Assembly: GCA_039807095.1 (NCBI GenBank)
Contig: JBDHQM010000005.1
Location: 39,033 to 103,032 of the forward strand
Direction of reading: 5' to 3'
Length of the DNA: 64,000 nucleotides
Source of the DNA: Kiritimatiellia bacterium
GTDB lineage: Bacteria; Verrucomicrobiota; Kiritimatiellia; CAIVKH01
Shown: piece by piece, positions 20,360-29,850 of the stretch
Layout of the letters: the number at the start of each line of letters is the position of its first letter
Position numbering within the stretch: the stretch's first letter is position 1
Notes under the pieces: model-generated
The model's database searches: none
The model's input: only the letters and a program-made list of their open reading frames with translations
What the model was told of the DNA's origin: nothing
Position numbers and translations under genes: made by a program

Positions 20360-20883
20360 GCGCCGCCCCATTGCCAGCACTGGGGCAGGACCGCACGTTG
20401 GATTTTGTCGCAATGGCTTCGTGGTCGTTTCGCTTGTATGGGCTGCGCGCACTGATTGAGTGGGAGGACTATCGGCAAATGGCGCTGGCGAAGTTGTGGG
20501 AGGCCGACCAGCGCGCGGACAGCGCGCGGGATGCGGCATTCCGGAGCGGCTATCTCTTTCGCGCGGTGCGTGCGCTGGCAAGCAATGTGCGGCGCGAGGC
20601 GCGCGCGGCGAAGCGGCAGGGGCAAATGATTTCGCTCGATGCGGAAGACGCACCGGTGCTCGCGCTCCACAACTGTGAGTTGGAGTGCCGGTTGCGTGCA
20701 ATGGATTTTGCGGATGTGTTTGCGCGGACGCGATTGAGCGAGCGGGAGCGATGTGTGGTGCGGCTGGCGATCAGCGGGTGCACGGATGTTGAGATTGGTC
20801 GGCACATGGGCGTCTCGCGCCAGCGGGCGTATGAAGTCCGGCAAGGGGCAATAAAAAAAATGCAACAGGCGGCCGCTGTATGA
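20356..20883 (+). CDS. Sigma70-family (ECF-sized) sigma factor-like protein
   Basis: Region 2-like EDYRQMALAKLWEA and region 4 LSERERCVVRL...EIGRHMGVSRQRAYEVRQGAIKKM. Confidence 0.7.
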   Translation: MSAAPLPALGQDRTLDFVAMASWSFRLYGLRALIEWEDYRQMALAKLWEADQRADSARDAAFRSGYLFRAVRALASNVRREARAAKRQGQMISLDAEDAPVLALHNCELECRLRAMDFADVFARTRLSERERCVVRLAISGCTDVEIGRHMGVSRQRAYEVRQGAIKKMQQAAAV

Positions 20884-20899
20884 CGGCGGGCGATGGCGA

Positions 20900-21433
20900 A
20901 TGAGAAAACCGCGATCAGATTCCAAGTTGATGAGCCAGCTTTCCGAAGTGGCGCAGGCGCAGCTTTCCGAATGGATGCTCTCGGGGTTGCCCTATCACAC
21001 CATCCTTCCGATGGTGCAAAAGGAATTCGGGATCACAACATCGCTCGCGGCGTTGTCGGGATTTTATTCGTCGTATTGTTCCGCTGCGCTCATCGCGCGG
21101 AGGCAGCGCGCGGTGTCCACGGCTGATGCGGTGGCGGAAGAAGCCGCTGCATCGCCTGGGCGTTGGGACGCGGCTACGATTGATGCGCTCAAACAGCAGG
21201 CGTTTGAGCTTGCGATTCAACCCGGTGTGAACCCGCGCGAAGTGAAGTCGCTTTTCTCGCTCGTGCTCAAAGCAAAGGATCAGGACTTGGCCGAGCGGCA
21301 GCTCGAACAGCGCATCCGCGAGTACGAGGAGAAGGCGGCGGCGGCGAAAGCAGTGCTCGACGGAGTCACGAGCAAGGGCGGACTCACGGCGGAGACGCTC
21401 CAGAAAATCGAAGAAGCGGCGAGGATGCTCTAA
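20900..21433 (+). CDS. Mu gp27-like small terminase (DUF3486-like)
   Basis: RKPRSDSKL...GLTAETLQKIEE; precedes large terminase. Confidence 0.7.
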   Translation: MRKPRSDSKLMSQLSEVAQAQLSEWMLSGLPYHTILPMVQKEFGITTSLAALSGFYSSYCSAALIARRQRAVSTADAVAEEAAASPGRWDAATIDALKQQAFELAIQPGVNPREVKSLFSLVLKAKDQDLAERQLEQRIREYEEKAAAAKAVLDGVTSKGGLTAETLQKIEEAARML

Positions 21434-22842
21434 TGGGCGCGGCGAAGGTCATACCGCCGGACACGATCCTCCTCCCGTACCAGGCGAAATGGGTGAAAGA
21501 CCGCTCGCGTCTGAAGATTGCGGAAAAATCGCGACAGATCGGGTGGACGTGGGCGACGGCCTACGGACTTGTGCGCCGACAGGCGCAGGTGGATGCGCGG
21601 TTGGACAGTTGGATTTCGAGCCGCGATGAGATTCAGGCACGCCTCTTTCTGGAAGACTGCAAGAGCTTTGCAAACATCCTGAAAATCGGAGCGGAAGACC
21701 TCGGCGATCGGGTCATCGACGAAAAGGGCAACTCGGCCTTTGTGTTGCAGATGGCGAACGGCACGCGACTCCACTCGATGAGCTCAAACCCGGACGCGCA
21801 GGCAGGCAAACGCGGCTCGCGCGTCCTCGATGAGTTCGCGCTGCACAACGATCCGCGCAAACTTTACAGCATCGCTTATCCGGGTATCACGTGGGGCGGG
21901 CAGCTCGAAATTTTCTCGACGCATCGCGGCACTTACAACTTTTTCAACGAGCTGGTTGAAGAGGTTAAACACAAGGGGAATCCAAAAGGCTTCTCGCTAC
22001 ATCGGGTGACGCTGCAAGACGCGCTGGAACAGGGGTTCCTGTTCAAACTTCAGGAAAAGCTCCCCGCCGATGATCCACGGCAGGAAATGGATGAGGCGGC
22101 GTACTTCGATTTCATCCGCGCGGGAGCGCCTGATGAAGAAACGTTCCTCCAGGAATATATGTGCGTCCCGGCGAACGACGCGGCGGCGTTTCTGCCCTAT
22201 GACATGATCGCCGCGTGCGAGTATCCGGCCACAGAAGTCTGGGAAATGGATTTCGATGTTTCGCAAGGTCCGCTCTTTCTTGGGGTGGACATCGGGCGCG
22301 ATCACGATCTGACCGTCATCTGGGCGGTGGAAAAAATCGGCGGCATGTTTTTCACGCGCGTCGTTCGGGAGATGCAGGGCGCGGCGTTCTCCGAGCAGGA
22401 AGCGGTTCTATACGACATGCTGGATAACCCGCGCGTACGGCGCTGCGCGATAGACCGCACGGGAATCGGGCGGCAGTTTGCAGAACGCGCGACGGAGCGT
22501 TACGGCCAATATCGGATTGAAGAGGTAAATTTCAGCGGGCCGGTGAAAGAACAACTGGCCTATCCGGTGCGCGCGGCGTTTGAGGACAAGACCATTCGGA
22601 TCCCGAATGCGCCGAAGGTTCGGGCGGATCTTCGCAGCATCCAGAAATCAACAACGGAGCACGGGAATATCCGTTTTACAGCGGACCGGGGCAAGAACGG
22701 CCACGCGGATCGGTTCTGGGCGCTGGCGCTCGCGCTGCACGCGGGCAAAGACGCGCCGGTTGTTTTTGCGCCGCAGCGGTTTAAGGAGTCGAAATTCAGC
22801 CGCGCGCGCGAGGCGCGGCGCAATCGTGAGGTGCTGGCATGA
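21433..22842 (+). CDS. Terminase large subunit (Mu gp28-like)
   Basis: LLPYQ, KSRQIGWT, VLDEFA, GVDIGR..D, HADRFWALAL. Confidence 0.95.
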   Translation: MGAAKVIPPDTILLPYQAKWVKDRSRLKIAEKSRQIGWTWATAYGLVRRQAQVDARLDSWISSRDEIQARLFLEDCKSFANILKIGAEDLGDRVIDEKGNSAFVLQMANGTRLHSMSSNPDAQAGKRGSRVLDEFALHNDPRKLYSIAYPGITWGGQLEIFSTHRGTYNFFNELVEEVKHKGNPKGFSLHRVTLQDALEQGFLFKLQEKLPADDPRQEMDEAAYFDFIRAGAPDEETFLQEYMCVPANDAAAFLPYDMIAACEYPATEVWEMDFDVSQGPLFLGVDIGRDHDLTVIWAVEKIGGMFFTRVVREMQGAAFSEQEAVLYDMLDNPRVRRCAIDRTGIGRQFAERATERYGQYRIEEVNFSGPVKEQLAYPVRAAFEDKTIRIPNAPKVRADLRSIQKSTTEHGNIRFTADRGKNGHADRFWALALALHAGKDAPVVFAPQRFKESKFSRAREARRNREVLA

Positions 22843-24335
22843 TGTCGGTGAAGAAATGGGCGAAGCACAAGAGCCAATACAACCCGTTGCGTGGGCTGAC
22901 GATTCCGCGAGCGGTGACACTCCTCGAACAGCACGAACGCGGAGAATATGCGGATGTCCAGTGGGCGTTTAGATTTTGTGAGCGGCGCTATCCCGTCTTG
23001 ATGGCTCTGGTGAAGCGGCGCACCAGCGCCATTCTTGAAATGGAGATCAACATCAAGGCAATGCAGGTGAACCCGGGCGACGCCCGAACGCTGGCCCTCG
23101 CCGAACAGCAGGTGATTGTCCTGCGCGAGGCGTACGACCGCATAGACAATCTATACGAGGCGATTCACCACCTATGCCTTGCGAGCTTCCGCGAATTTGC
23201 GCACGTCGAAAAACACCGAAACGCCTACGGCGAGGTGACACACCTGGAGGTCTTGGATCAGTGGAACGTTGTTCGCTGCATGAGTTCCGGGCGCTGGAAA
23301 TATAACCCGGACGCGCTGAACGTGAACTACGCAGCGCTGCCCGATACGTCCATATTGGACATGCGGAATTTCATCTATCGCGAGGAACCGCTCCCGATTG
23401 ATCCGATTGCGCTGCTCGCGTTCATTCGCTCAAACATGTCCCAAAAAGATTGGGATTCGTTTGTGGAGACCTACGGCATCCCGCCGCTATTTGTGATTAT
23501 GCCACCGGGAATCTCGGAGGATAAGCAAAAGGAATATCAAGCCATCGCCGAAGAGGTCGCGGGCGACGCGCGCGGCGCGCTCCCCGGAGGGAGCGATGTT
23601 AAAACCGTAGACATCGGCGCGCGGGCACATCCGTTCAAGGAGCATAAGGACGATCAGCGTGCGGAGGTGGTGTTAGCGGGGACGGGTGGCTTACTCACGA
23701 TGCTGACTGAGTCAGGATCCGGCACGCTCGCCGGCAGTGCGCACGAAGAGACGTTTCGCAAAATCGCGGCCGGCGAGGCGAGGCTCATTTCGGAGGCATT
23801 TCAAAAACATTTTGATGCCGAAGTTTTGGAGCGTGCATTCCCGGGAGCACCGCGCCTCGCATATTTCGACCTCTCCGCCGGAGATGCAACCACTACGGAT
23901 GATGTGATTGAGCAAGCCAAGATGTTGAAAGAAGCGGGCTACACGATCGAGAAGCAACAGCTCGAAGAGAAAACGGGCTATCGCTTAGAAATTTGCGCCA
24001 TGCCCGACACGCCCGGGCGTGAACCGGACGGCGTCACGCGGAATCGCGCCACGCCGGCACCCTACAACCCGCGCCTTGTGGCGGATGGCATCAAGGAGAT
24101 TGCCGAGGCCCAGCGCGCGGCGCTGCGCCCCGTTGCAGAGGCTTTGCAAGGGCTGTACCGAGCCGCCGAAAGCGATGAGGTAAGCGATGCCGTGCTGACG
24201 GAGGAACTCGAATCCTTCCGCGCGATGTTGCCGCATTACATTGACCCCTCCTCTGAAATCGTGACGGCGATTGAGGAGCTGTTTGTTGCAGCGTGGGCGA
24301 ATGGGATTGAGGAGGCCGCTAATGAACGCGGTTGA
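22839..24335 (+). CDS. Portal protein (Mu gp29/DUF935)
   Basis: W..FVETYGIP, G..LT...SGSGTLAG.AH. Confidence 0.9.
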   Translation: MMSVKKWAKHKSQYNPLRGLTIPRAVTLLEQHERGEYADVQWAFRFCERRYPVLMALVKRRTSAILEMEINIKAMQVNPGDARTLALAEQQVIVLREAYDRIDNLYEAIHHLCLASFREFAHVEKHRNAYGEVTHLEVLDQWNVVRCMSSGRWKYNPDALNVNYAALPDTSILDMRNFIYREEPLPIDPIALLAFIRSNMSQKDWDSFVETYGIPPLFVIMPPGISEDKQKEYQAIAEEVAGDARGALPGGSDVKTVDIGARAHPFKEHKDDQRAEVVLAGTGGLLTMLTESGSGTLAGSAHEETFRKIAAGEARLISEAFQKHFDAEVLERAFPGAPRLAYFDLSAGDATTTDDVIEQAKMLKEAGYTIEKQQLEEKTGYRLEICAMPDTPGREPDGVTRNRATPAPYNPRLVADGIKEIAEAQRAALRPVAEALQGLYRAAESDEVSDAVLTEELESFRAMLPHYIDPSSEIVTAIEELFVAAWANGIEEAANERG

Positions 24336-24900
24336 TCGCGAAGGCATCCATTTAGAGGATGTTGTTGCGGTGGAGCTGTTCTGGACCTCCGCGCCCGGCC
24401 TCTTCGCACGATTGATCCGGCGAGTGACGCGCGGGCAGTGGTCGCATTGCGGCATCATCTTCGCGCTGCGCGACGGGCGGCGCGTGTATTACGAATCGCT
24501 CTTTGAACATGGGGTTGCCGGGCCCCATCCGCTTGAGAAGCTGATTGTCTGGGCCGTGGAGCCAGAACACGACGTTGAGCTCTGGCCGATTCCGTGGCTG
24601 TCAGACGCGGAGGCGCGCAACATCGCGCGCCGCGCGACTGAAACCTATGGCGCGGCGGGATATGGCCGTTGGCAAATCATTTCGCATTGGTGGTTTGAGC
24701 GCGTCGGTCGGCGCTATGGGTTCCGGATGCGGAACACGCCGAGCCGGGTGACATGCGCCGAATACGTCGCGCGTGCGTGCTTCCCCGAATACGACCTCCG
24801 CGATTCCAGCCGCGATTATTTTGACGGCGTCACGCCTCAGTCAACGTATGAGCGGCATATTCGCATAATGCATTCCCTTCGTGGAGGAGACTCACAATGA
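24322..24900 (+). CDS. Permuted papain-like NlpC/P60 (YiiX-like) peptidase/amidase
   Basis: His first (WSHCGI), Cys later (VTCAEYV), C-terminal VTP. Confidence 0.7.
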   Translation: MNAVDREGIHLEDVVAVELFWTSAPGLFARLIRRVTRGQWSHCGIIFALRDGRRVYYESLFEHGVAGPHPLEKLIVWAVEPEHDVELWPIPWLSDAEARNIARRATETYGAAGYGRWQIISHWWFERVGRRYGFRMRNTPSRVTCAEYVARACFPEYDLRDSSRDYFDGVTPQSTYERHIRIMHSLRGGDSQ

Positions 24901-25355
24901 AATCAATCGTCGCCAGCGGCTGTCTGCTGCTATTTGCCTGTGCCTGCACCTCATCGAAATCGAAACTCCGCATTGATGCGCCCGCAGCGCATCGCGCGGC
25001 CTTCGTTGATCTGCTTAACCGCGCGGCGGACTGCACCGGAAAGCCGCTGGTGAAGCAGACCTACACGCTGCGCACGCACAAGGGCGTCTCAAAAAAATAC
25101 GGATTTTGGCAAGCGCCCCTTCCTCCCAACAATACGATGGCCTGGGCACTAACCTGGAACGGCGGGCGCAATGTCGAGGTGGCTGCGGACCCGAAAACGG
25201 GCGCGATTGATTACCCGACGCTGCAACACGAGTGCGTCCACGCGGTCTTGATGCCTCATGGAATTCTGGGGCACCCATCCGAGTTCAAAAAATGCGCCAT
25301 CGAGTGGCATCTACTCTGCTTAGACGGTGTGACAATGGAGCCAACGGGAAAATGA
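24897..25355 (+). CDS. Lipoprotein with zincin HExxH motif
   Basis: LLLFACAC lipobox-like; LQHECVH...GILGH. Confidence 0.65.
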   Translation: MKSIVASGCLLLFACACTSSKSKLRIDAPAAHRAAFVDLLNRAADCTGKPLVKQTYTLRTHKGVSKKYGFWQAPLPPNNTMAWALTWNGGRNVEVAADPKTGAIDYPTLQHECVHAVLMPHGILGHPSEFKKCAIEWHLLCLDGVTMEPTGK

Positions 25356-25513
25356 AAAAATATGCGCGTTGTTTAGTCTGTGCCGCGTGGATTGCGGTGG
25401 CTGTGTCTGCTCCCGGATGTAAGAGCACAAAACCAACCTCGCCAGAAAGCGAGGATTACCGGCGCGATACGACGCCAGAGCACAACGGCGAATGGTGGAT
25501 CGGCGGCGAATGA
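25352..25513 (+). CDS. Small lipoprotein
   Basis: MKKYARCLVCAAWIAVAVSAPGC; ATGA overlaps at both ends. Confidence 0.55.
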   Translation: MKKYARCLVCAAWIAVAVSAPGCKSTKPTSPESEDYRRDTTPEHNGEWWIGGE

Positions 25514-26400
25514 AAATTCTCGTGATAGATAGTCAGGGCGGCGAGGGTATGAGTGCGGCCTATCTCTCGCAAATGAAGCACGTTCGCGTGCGCGGCGTGG
25601 AAATGGATGCCACACTTGGGCAGCCATGCCATCCACACGGCCTGATGACCGGCTATCTCGCCGCCTCGCTCTTGCATCCCGTCCACGGCGTGAAGCCAGG
25701 TGATGCCGAGCTTGTCTTTGTTCGGATATTCGACCAGCGGGCAAATTCCGTCGCCGATGCATCCAAGTGGATGCTTGATGTGATTTCCAGAGAGAAGCCG
25801 GACTACGTTGGCCGCTCATGGGGTGGCGTCTATACCCAGCCGCGCATGGGATCGCTGATGTGGGGGCAGTGGGTGTTTGATTACCGTGCGCTTCAACGCG
25901 AGTTGGGCTTTTTGGACTTCGGTAGCGCTGGCAACTCCGGGAATTGGCTACCCGATTCCAGCATCTCCTTCCCACAAGTCCTCATGCCGGACATCTGCAA
26001 CGTCATCGGCTCGTGCCGCCGCGATGGTTTGCCATCAGAATTCACGAGCTCCGGCCAGGGCGTCCAGTGCCTCGCATGGGGCGAAAAATTGTTCCTGAAC
26101 AACAATGGCACGTTGGAAGTAGGGTCAGGAACTTCATTCAGCGCGCCGAAGGTGTTGAGCCTCTGCGCGGTACAAAGGATTACCGCGCTTCAGGACTGGC
26201 GCGACTACGTTCGACGGAATGCGACAAAGCCAGTCGGATTTGAGGCCGCAGAGTCCCCGGTTTGGGGCGCGGGCAACATAGAAGACGAGTATCAACGCAA
26301 GTTCAGCCTTATCCCAATCGGTGATCGGGTAGGAAATTTGTCGATGCGGCCCACATGGCTCAGGCGGCAGTGGTTTGACTTCGCGGAGGTGCCAGCATGA
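25510..26400 (+). CDS. Subtilisin-like S8 serine peptidase
   Basis: VIDS, HPHG, SAGNSG, GSGTSFSAP. Confidence 0.85.
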   Translation: MKILVIDSQGGEGMSAAYLSQMKHVRVRGVEMDATLGQPCHPHGLMTGYLAASLLHPVHGVKPGDAELVFVRIFDQRANSVADASKWMLDVISREKPDYVGRSWGGVYTQPRMGSLMWGQWVFDYRALQRELGFLDFGSAGNSGNWLPDSSISFPQVLMPDICNVIGSCRRDGLPSEFTSSGQGVQCLAWGEKLFLNNNGTLEVGSGTSFSAPKVLSLCAVQRITALQDWRDYVRRNATKPVGFEAAESPVWGAGNIEDEYQRKFSLIPIGDRVGNLSMRPTWLRRQWFDFAEVPA

Positions 26401-27572
26401 AACCGCCTATGATCCTCAGACCTCCTAAAATGCGCTATACGGCCCGATCGCAAAACCCAGCCCTCAACCCGTCTTTGGCGTCATCTCCAAAATGCACAGG
26501 GTTACAGCTAAAATGCACAGGCATTCCGAAAGAGCCTGTCTTTTTCACCCACAACCGCGCCCTCCAGGAGGGAAATTCGGGCGCCGCTGACGGTTTTTAT
26601 CACATTGTCCCGCGCGGCGAGCATCCGGGCATCACCGCGAGCGGGAAAACGGTTGTTCAGGTTATCGATCAGGAAGCCGTGGACAAAATTATGGCCGCGT
26701 TTCGCGCCGTCCGGGCAAAGCCTAATTTTTCAGGGCTGCTCCTCGACTGGGAACACTTCAGCTATCAGGACGACAAGAAATCCGAGGCGGCGGGCTGGAT
26801 TCTGGATGTCGTCGAGCGCCCGGATGGGATTTATGCGCGAATCGACTGGACGCCCGCCGGAGAGAAGGATGTCACGAGCCGCGCCTACCGCTTCCTCTCG
26901 CCGACGCTCGACATAGAGACGATCGAAGGGAATCGCGTGCGTCCGATCGCGATCACGGACGCCGGGCTCACAAACGTGCCCATGTTCAAAACCTTGAAGA
27001 CTCTTAACCGCGCGGGAGCGGTTCTCCCCGCAGAAAAACAACACGGAGAAAAAGAAATGGAAAAAATCAAAGCGCTCCTCTTGCGTCTGCTCGGACTCCC
27101 CGACGACGCATCGGAAGCTGATATTGATGCGGCGGCGGAGAAAGCGCTGTCCGTAGCGGAGCAGGAAACGCTGCGTGAGGAAAACGAAGCGCTGCTCACG
27201 CAAAATCGCGACCTATGCAAGGCTCTCGCCGATCACGATCTGCGTGAGTATGAGGCGGTGATTGCCGATCCGGAGGCCATTCGGGAGGGCCTGACCCACA
27301 ACCGCGAGGCCACGCTCAAAATTCTGCGAGGCCTGCGGAAAGAGTCGCCGCGCCTGCCGATTCACAACCGCACCACCGCCAGCCGCCCGGCGACGTCGCC
27401 AATCGCCGGGTCGAAGGCGACCGCGACACTCGCGCAGAAACAGCGCGCGGCGGTCGAGGAATATCGCACGAAAAACCGCTGCACGTTCCGTCAGGCGTGG
27501 GACGCGGTGCGGACAGCGCAGCCGGAATTGTTCCCGGCTCCGGACGATGGAAGTGATAACGCGCAAACCTAA
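26397..27572 (+). CDS. Mu gpI-like prohead protease/scaffold
   Basis: LDWEH, AAGWI, WTPAG, YRFLSP, AGLTNVP. Confidence 0.9.
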   Translation: MKPPMILRPPKMRYTARSQNPALNPSLASSPKCTGLQLKCTGIPKEPVFFTHNRALQEGNSGAADGFYHIVPRGEHPGITASGKTVVQVIDQEAVDKIMAAFRAVRAKPNFSGLLLDWEHFSYQDDKKSEAAGWILDVVERPDGIYARIDWTPAGEKDVTSRAYRFLSPTLDIETIEGNRVRPIAITDAGLTNVPMFKTLKTLNRAGAVLPAEKQHGEKEMEKIKALLLRLLGLPDDASEADIDAAAEKALSVAEQETLREENEALLTQNRDLCKALADHDLREYEAVIADPEAIREGLTHNREATLKILRGLRKESPRLPIHNRTTASRPATSPIAGSKATATLAQKQRAAVEEYRTKNRCTFRQAWDAVRTAQPELFPAPDDGSDNAQT

Positions 27573-27593
27573 AAACAAGAAAGGAAATCAACT

Positions 27594-27986
27594 ATGAGCG
27601 CATTATTTGAACGCGCCGTGGCAATCGCGGCTGAAACCCCGGCAGAGGACCACACCCAGAAAAAGGGCTGCGTGGTGAAGTTCGCCGCTGACAAAGTCGC
27701 ACTAATTACTGGGGACTCTGATCTCCCGTATGGCGTCATTTTGGATGGCGAAGACATCGGGGGCACGGATTCAATCGCCATTTTCGGTGGCAATTGCGGC
27801 CCGGTGCGGGTGAAAGCGGGAGGGACCTGCACCAAGGGTAGCTTTGGCATGGCTACTGGAGTGGGGTCGGGTGTGAAAGACGATACGGGGAGCGGTAGCC
27901 GTTACATCGTGTGTCGGTTTCTTGAGTCTGGAGTTCTCGGCGAATTGGTAACAGCCGTCCTCGTATCTCCTGACCCGCGCAGCTAA
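27594..27986 (+). CDS. Capsid cement/decoration protein
   Basis: Gly-rich beta protein between protease and capsid genes. Confidence 0.65.
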   Translation: MSALFERAVAIAAETPAEDHTQKKGCVVKFAADKVALITGDSDLPYGVILDGEDIGGTDSIAIFGGNCGPVRVKAGGTCTKGSFGMATGVGSGVKDDTGSGSRYIVCRFLESGVLGELVTAVLVSPDPRS

Positions 27987-28012
27987 TCGAAACAAAATAA
28001 AGGAATCAAAAA

Positions 28013-28933
28013 ATGAGTATCAGACGACAAGGTTCTTTGAACCCCACGCTCACCAACTTCGCCGTTGGCGTCTCCCAAGACTTAAGTTCCGCGCTTGCGG
28101 AATTCATCGCGCCGACGGTGGATGCGCCCGATGTGATCGGGCAATACAAAGAGTTCAGCGAAAAGAACGCGTTTCAATTGCTGGACTCGCGCCGCCCTGT
28201 CGGCGGCCCGGCCACGCGCATTCAATTCGACGTGAACGACCCGACCTACAACTGCAAGCCTCACGCGCTGGAGGTTGCGGTGGATGATTCAGAGCGGCGT
28301 CCGGATGCGGAAAACCCGTTCGCTCCGGATGAGGCGAAGATCACCACGCTGATTCAGGCCGCTACGCTCTCGCACGAGGCTGAGGTTTTGGAGAAGATGC
28401 GCACGCAGCCTGCAGTTTCCGGTGTGGGCATCTGGTCGGATGCTTCCGTAGATCCAATCGCGGAGCTTGACGGGCAGATTGAGGCGTTAATCACCGCGAC
28501 GGGACGAGTGCCGAACCGCATGGTTATCGGCGCGACCGCTTGGACGATTCTACGCAACCACCCGAAGGTCATTGCCCGCCAGCCCGGTGCAGCCATTGTG
28601 GGGATCACACTTGCGCAGCTTGCGCAGATGCTGCGCAGCCCGAGCATCGAGATTCGCGAGGGCGTCCTTTCCGGCGATGCAAACAAGTTCGGGAAAGGGA
28701 AGGCGGCGAGCAATCTTCTCGGCGCTGAACTGACGATCTTCTATGCCTCGCCGTTCCCGACGCTCTATGACCCGTCGTTCATGAAGACGATCTCGGTCGG
28801 CGGAAAGGGAGGCGTCACGTCCGTTTGGACGTATCGCGACAATTCGTGCCGCTCCGATATTCATGCCGTGGATTGGTCGAGCGACATCAAGCTCACCTCG
28901 GCGGTTTGCGGCCGGAGGATTGTGTTGAGTTAA
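28013..28933 (+). CDS. Major capsid protein
   Basis: NPTLTN.A, WSD...DPI, TG..PN.M.IG...W..LRNHP. Confidence 0.85.
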   Translation: MSIRRQGSLNPTLTNFAVGVSQDLSSALAEFIAPTVDAPDVIGQYKEFSEKNAFQLLDSRRPVGGPATRIQFDVNDPTYNCKPHALEVAVDDSERRPDAENPFAPDEAKITTLIQAATLSHEAEVLEKMRTQPAVSGVGIWSDASVDPIAELDGQIEALITATGRVPNRMVIGATAWTILRNHPKVIARQPGAAIVGITLAQLAQMLRSPSIEIREGVLSGDANKFGKGKAASNLLGAELTIFYASPFPTLYDPSFMKTISVGGKGGVTSVWTYRDNSCRSDIHAVDWSSDIKLTSAVCGRRIVLS

Positions 28934-28954
28934 CGAAATGCCCCAAACAACGGG

Positions 28955-28992
28955 CGGCGGACCCGGCCGGACGCGGCCGGGTTGCGCCGCCG
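28955..28992 (+). other. GC-rich hairpin after capsid gene (no U tract)
   Basis: CGGCGGACCCGGCCG-gacg-CGGCCGGGTTGCGCCG. Confidence 0.5.
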
Positions 28993-29019
28993 AATAAAGA
29001 TCAAACTGAAAGGAACACC

Positions 29020-29388
29020 ATGAAAAAGTTAATTGCTGGAATGACCGTCGTGACCTGTATCGCGTTCGCATCGTATGCCGCAACGCCGGTCTCACGGGAC
29101 ATCACCTATGTCGCAGGCGCGGGCTCATACACCTACACGCGGGATTATTATGCCGCGACCGTCTCGTCTCTGAACTTCTACGGAGCATCTGTGGCGGACA
29201 CCGTCACCGTGCAGCGCGTGAGTGCAGCCGGGCGCACGAATGCATTTGCGACACTCACCGTCGTCGCCGGGCGCGGAACGGTGTACCCCACGAACGAAGT
29301 CTGGCTCTTTAAGGGCGACAAACTTCAGTTCAATGGAACAACGACCAACGCGGCCGTCGTTGAGGCTGTCATCAAAATCAACGACTAA
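29020..29388 (+). CDS. Secreted small beta-rich protein
   Basis: MKKLIAGMTVVTCIAFASYA signal peptide; RBS AAGGA. Confidence 0.7.
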   Translation: MKKLIAGMTVVTCIAFASYAATPVSRDITYVAGAGSYTYTRDYYAATVSSLNFYGASVADTVTVQRVSAAGRTNAFATLTVVAGRGTVYPTNEVWLFKGDKLQFNGTTTNAAVVEAVIKIND

Positions 29389-29390
29389 AC

Positions 29391-29849
29391 ATGGCGTGGC
29401 GATCCATAACGGAAGCGGATGTGCTAACGCGGCTCTCGGGCCCGGAACTTGAAACCTTCCGAAGCGCGGCACTTGCGGACGATCAAGCTGATCCCGTAGC
29501 CGATGCCATCCGCTACGTTGTGGATTTTGCGCGCGGTCACATCGCCGCGTGCTCAAACAATCGTTTGGGCGCAAGCGGGACAGTTCCAGAAAAGCTCGTC
29601 GGCGCCTGTCTTGACCTCATTGCTATCGAAATAATGAAACGCGCAGGCGGCGTCGTGATTGATCCGCAAGATGCGCGATCGAGCGCCGCGCGCGAGGCGC
29701 GACGGGTTCTCGAACGCGTAGCTGACTGTAAGTTTGCGGTGGAGCTGCCAGACGAACGCAGCCAAGAAGAAATTCCGACCCCCGCCGCGACGCCCTACAT
29801 CCGGGCGCGGCGACCCCAATTTCGCAGGGATCAACAGGAAGGAGCATGA
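29391..29849 (+). CDS. Mu gp36-like head-tail adaptor (DUF1320)
   Basis: VP..L..ACLDL...R...AREA...LERVA. Confidence 0.8.
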   Translation: MAWRSITEADVLTRLSGPELETFRSAALADDQADPVADAIRYVVDFARGHIAACSNNRLGASGTVPEKLVGACLDLIAIEIMKRAGGVVIDPQDARSSAAREARRVLERVADCKFAVELPDERSQEEIPTPAATPYIRARRPQFRRDQQEGA

Positions 29850-29850
29850 G

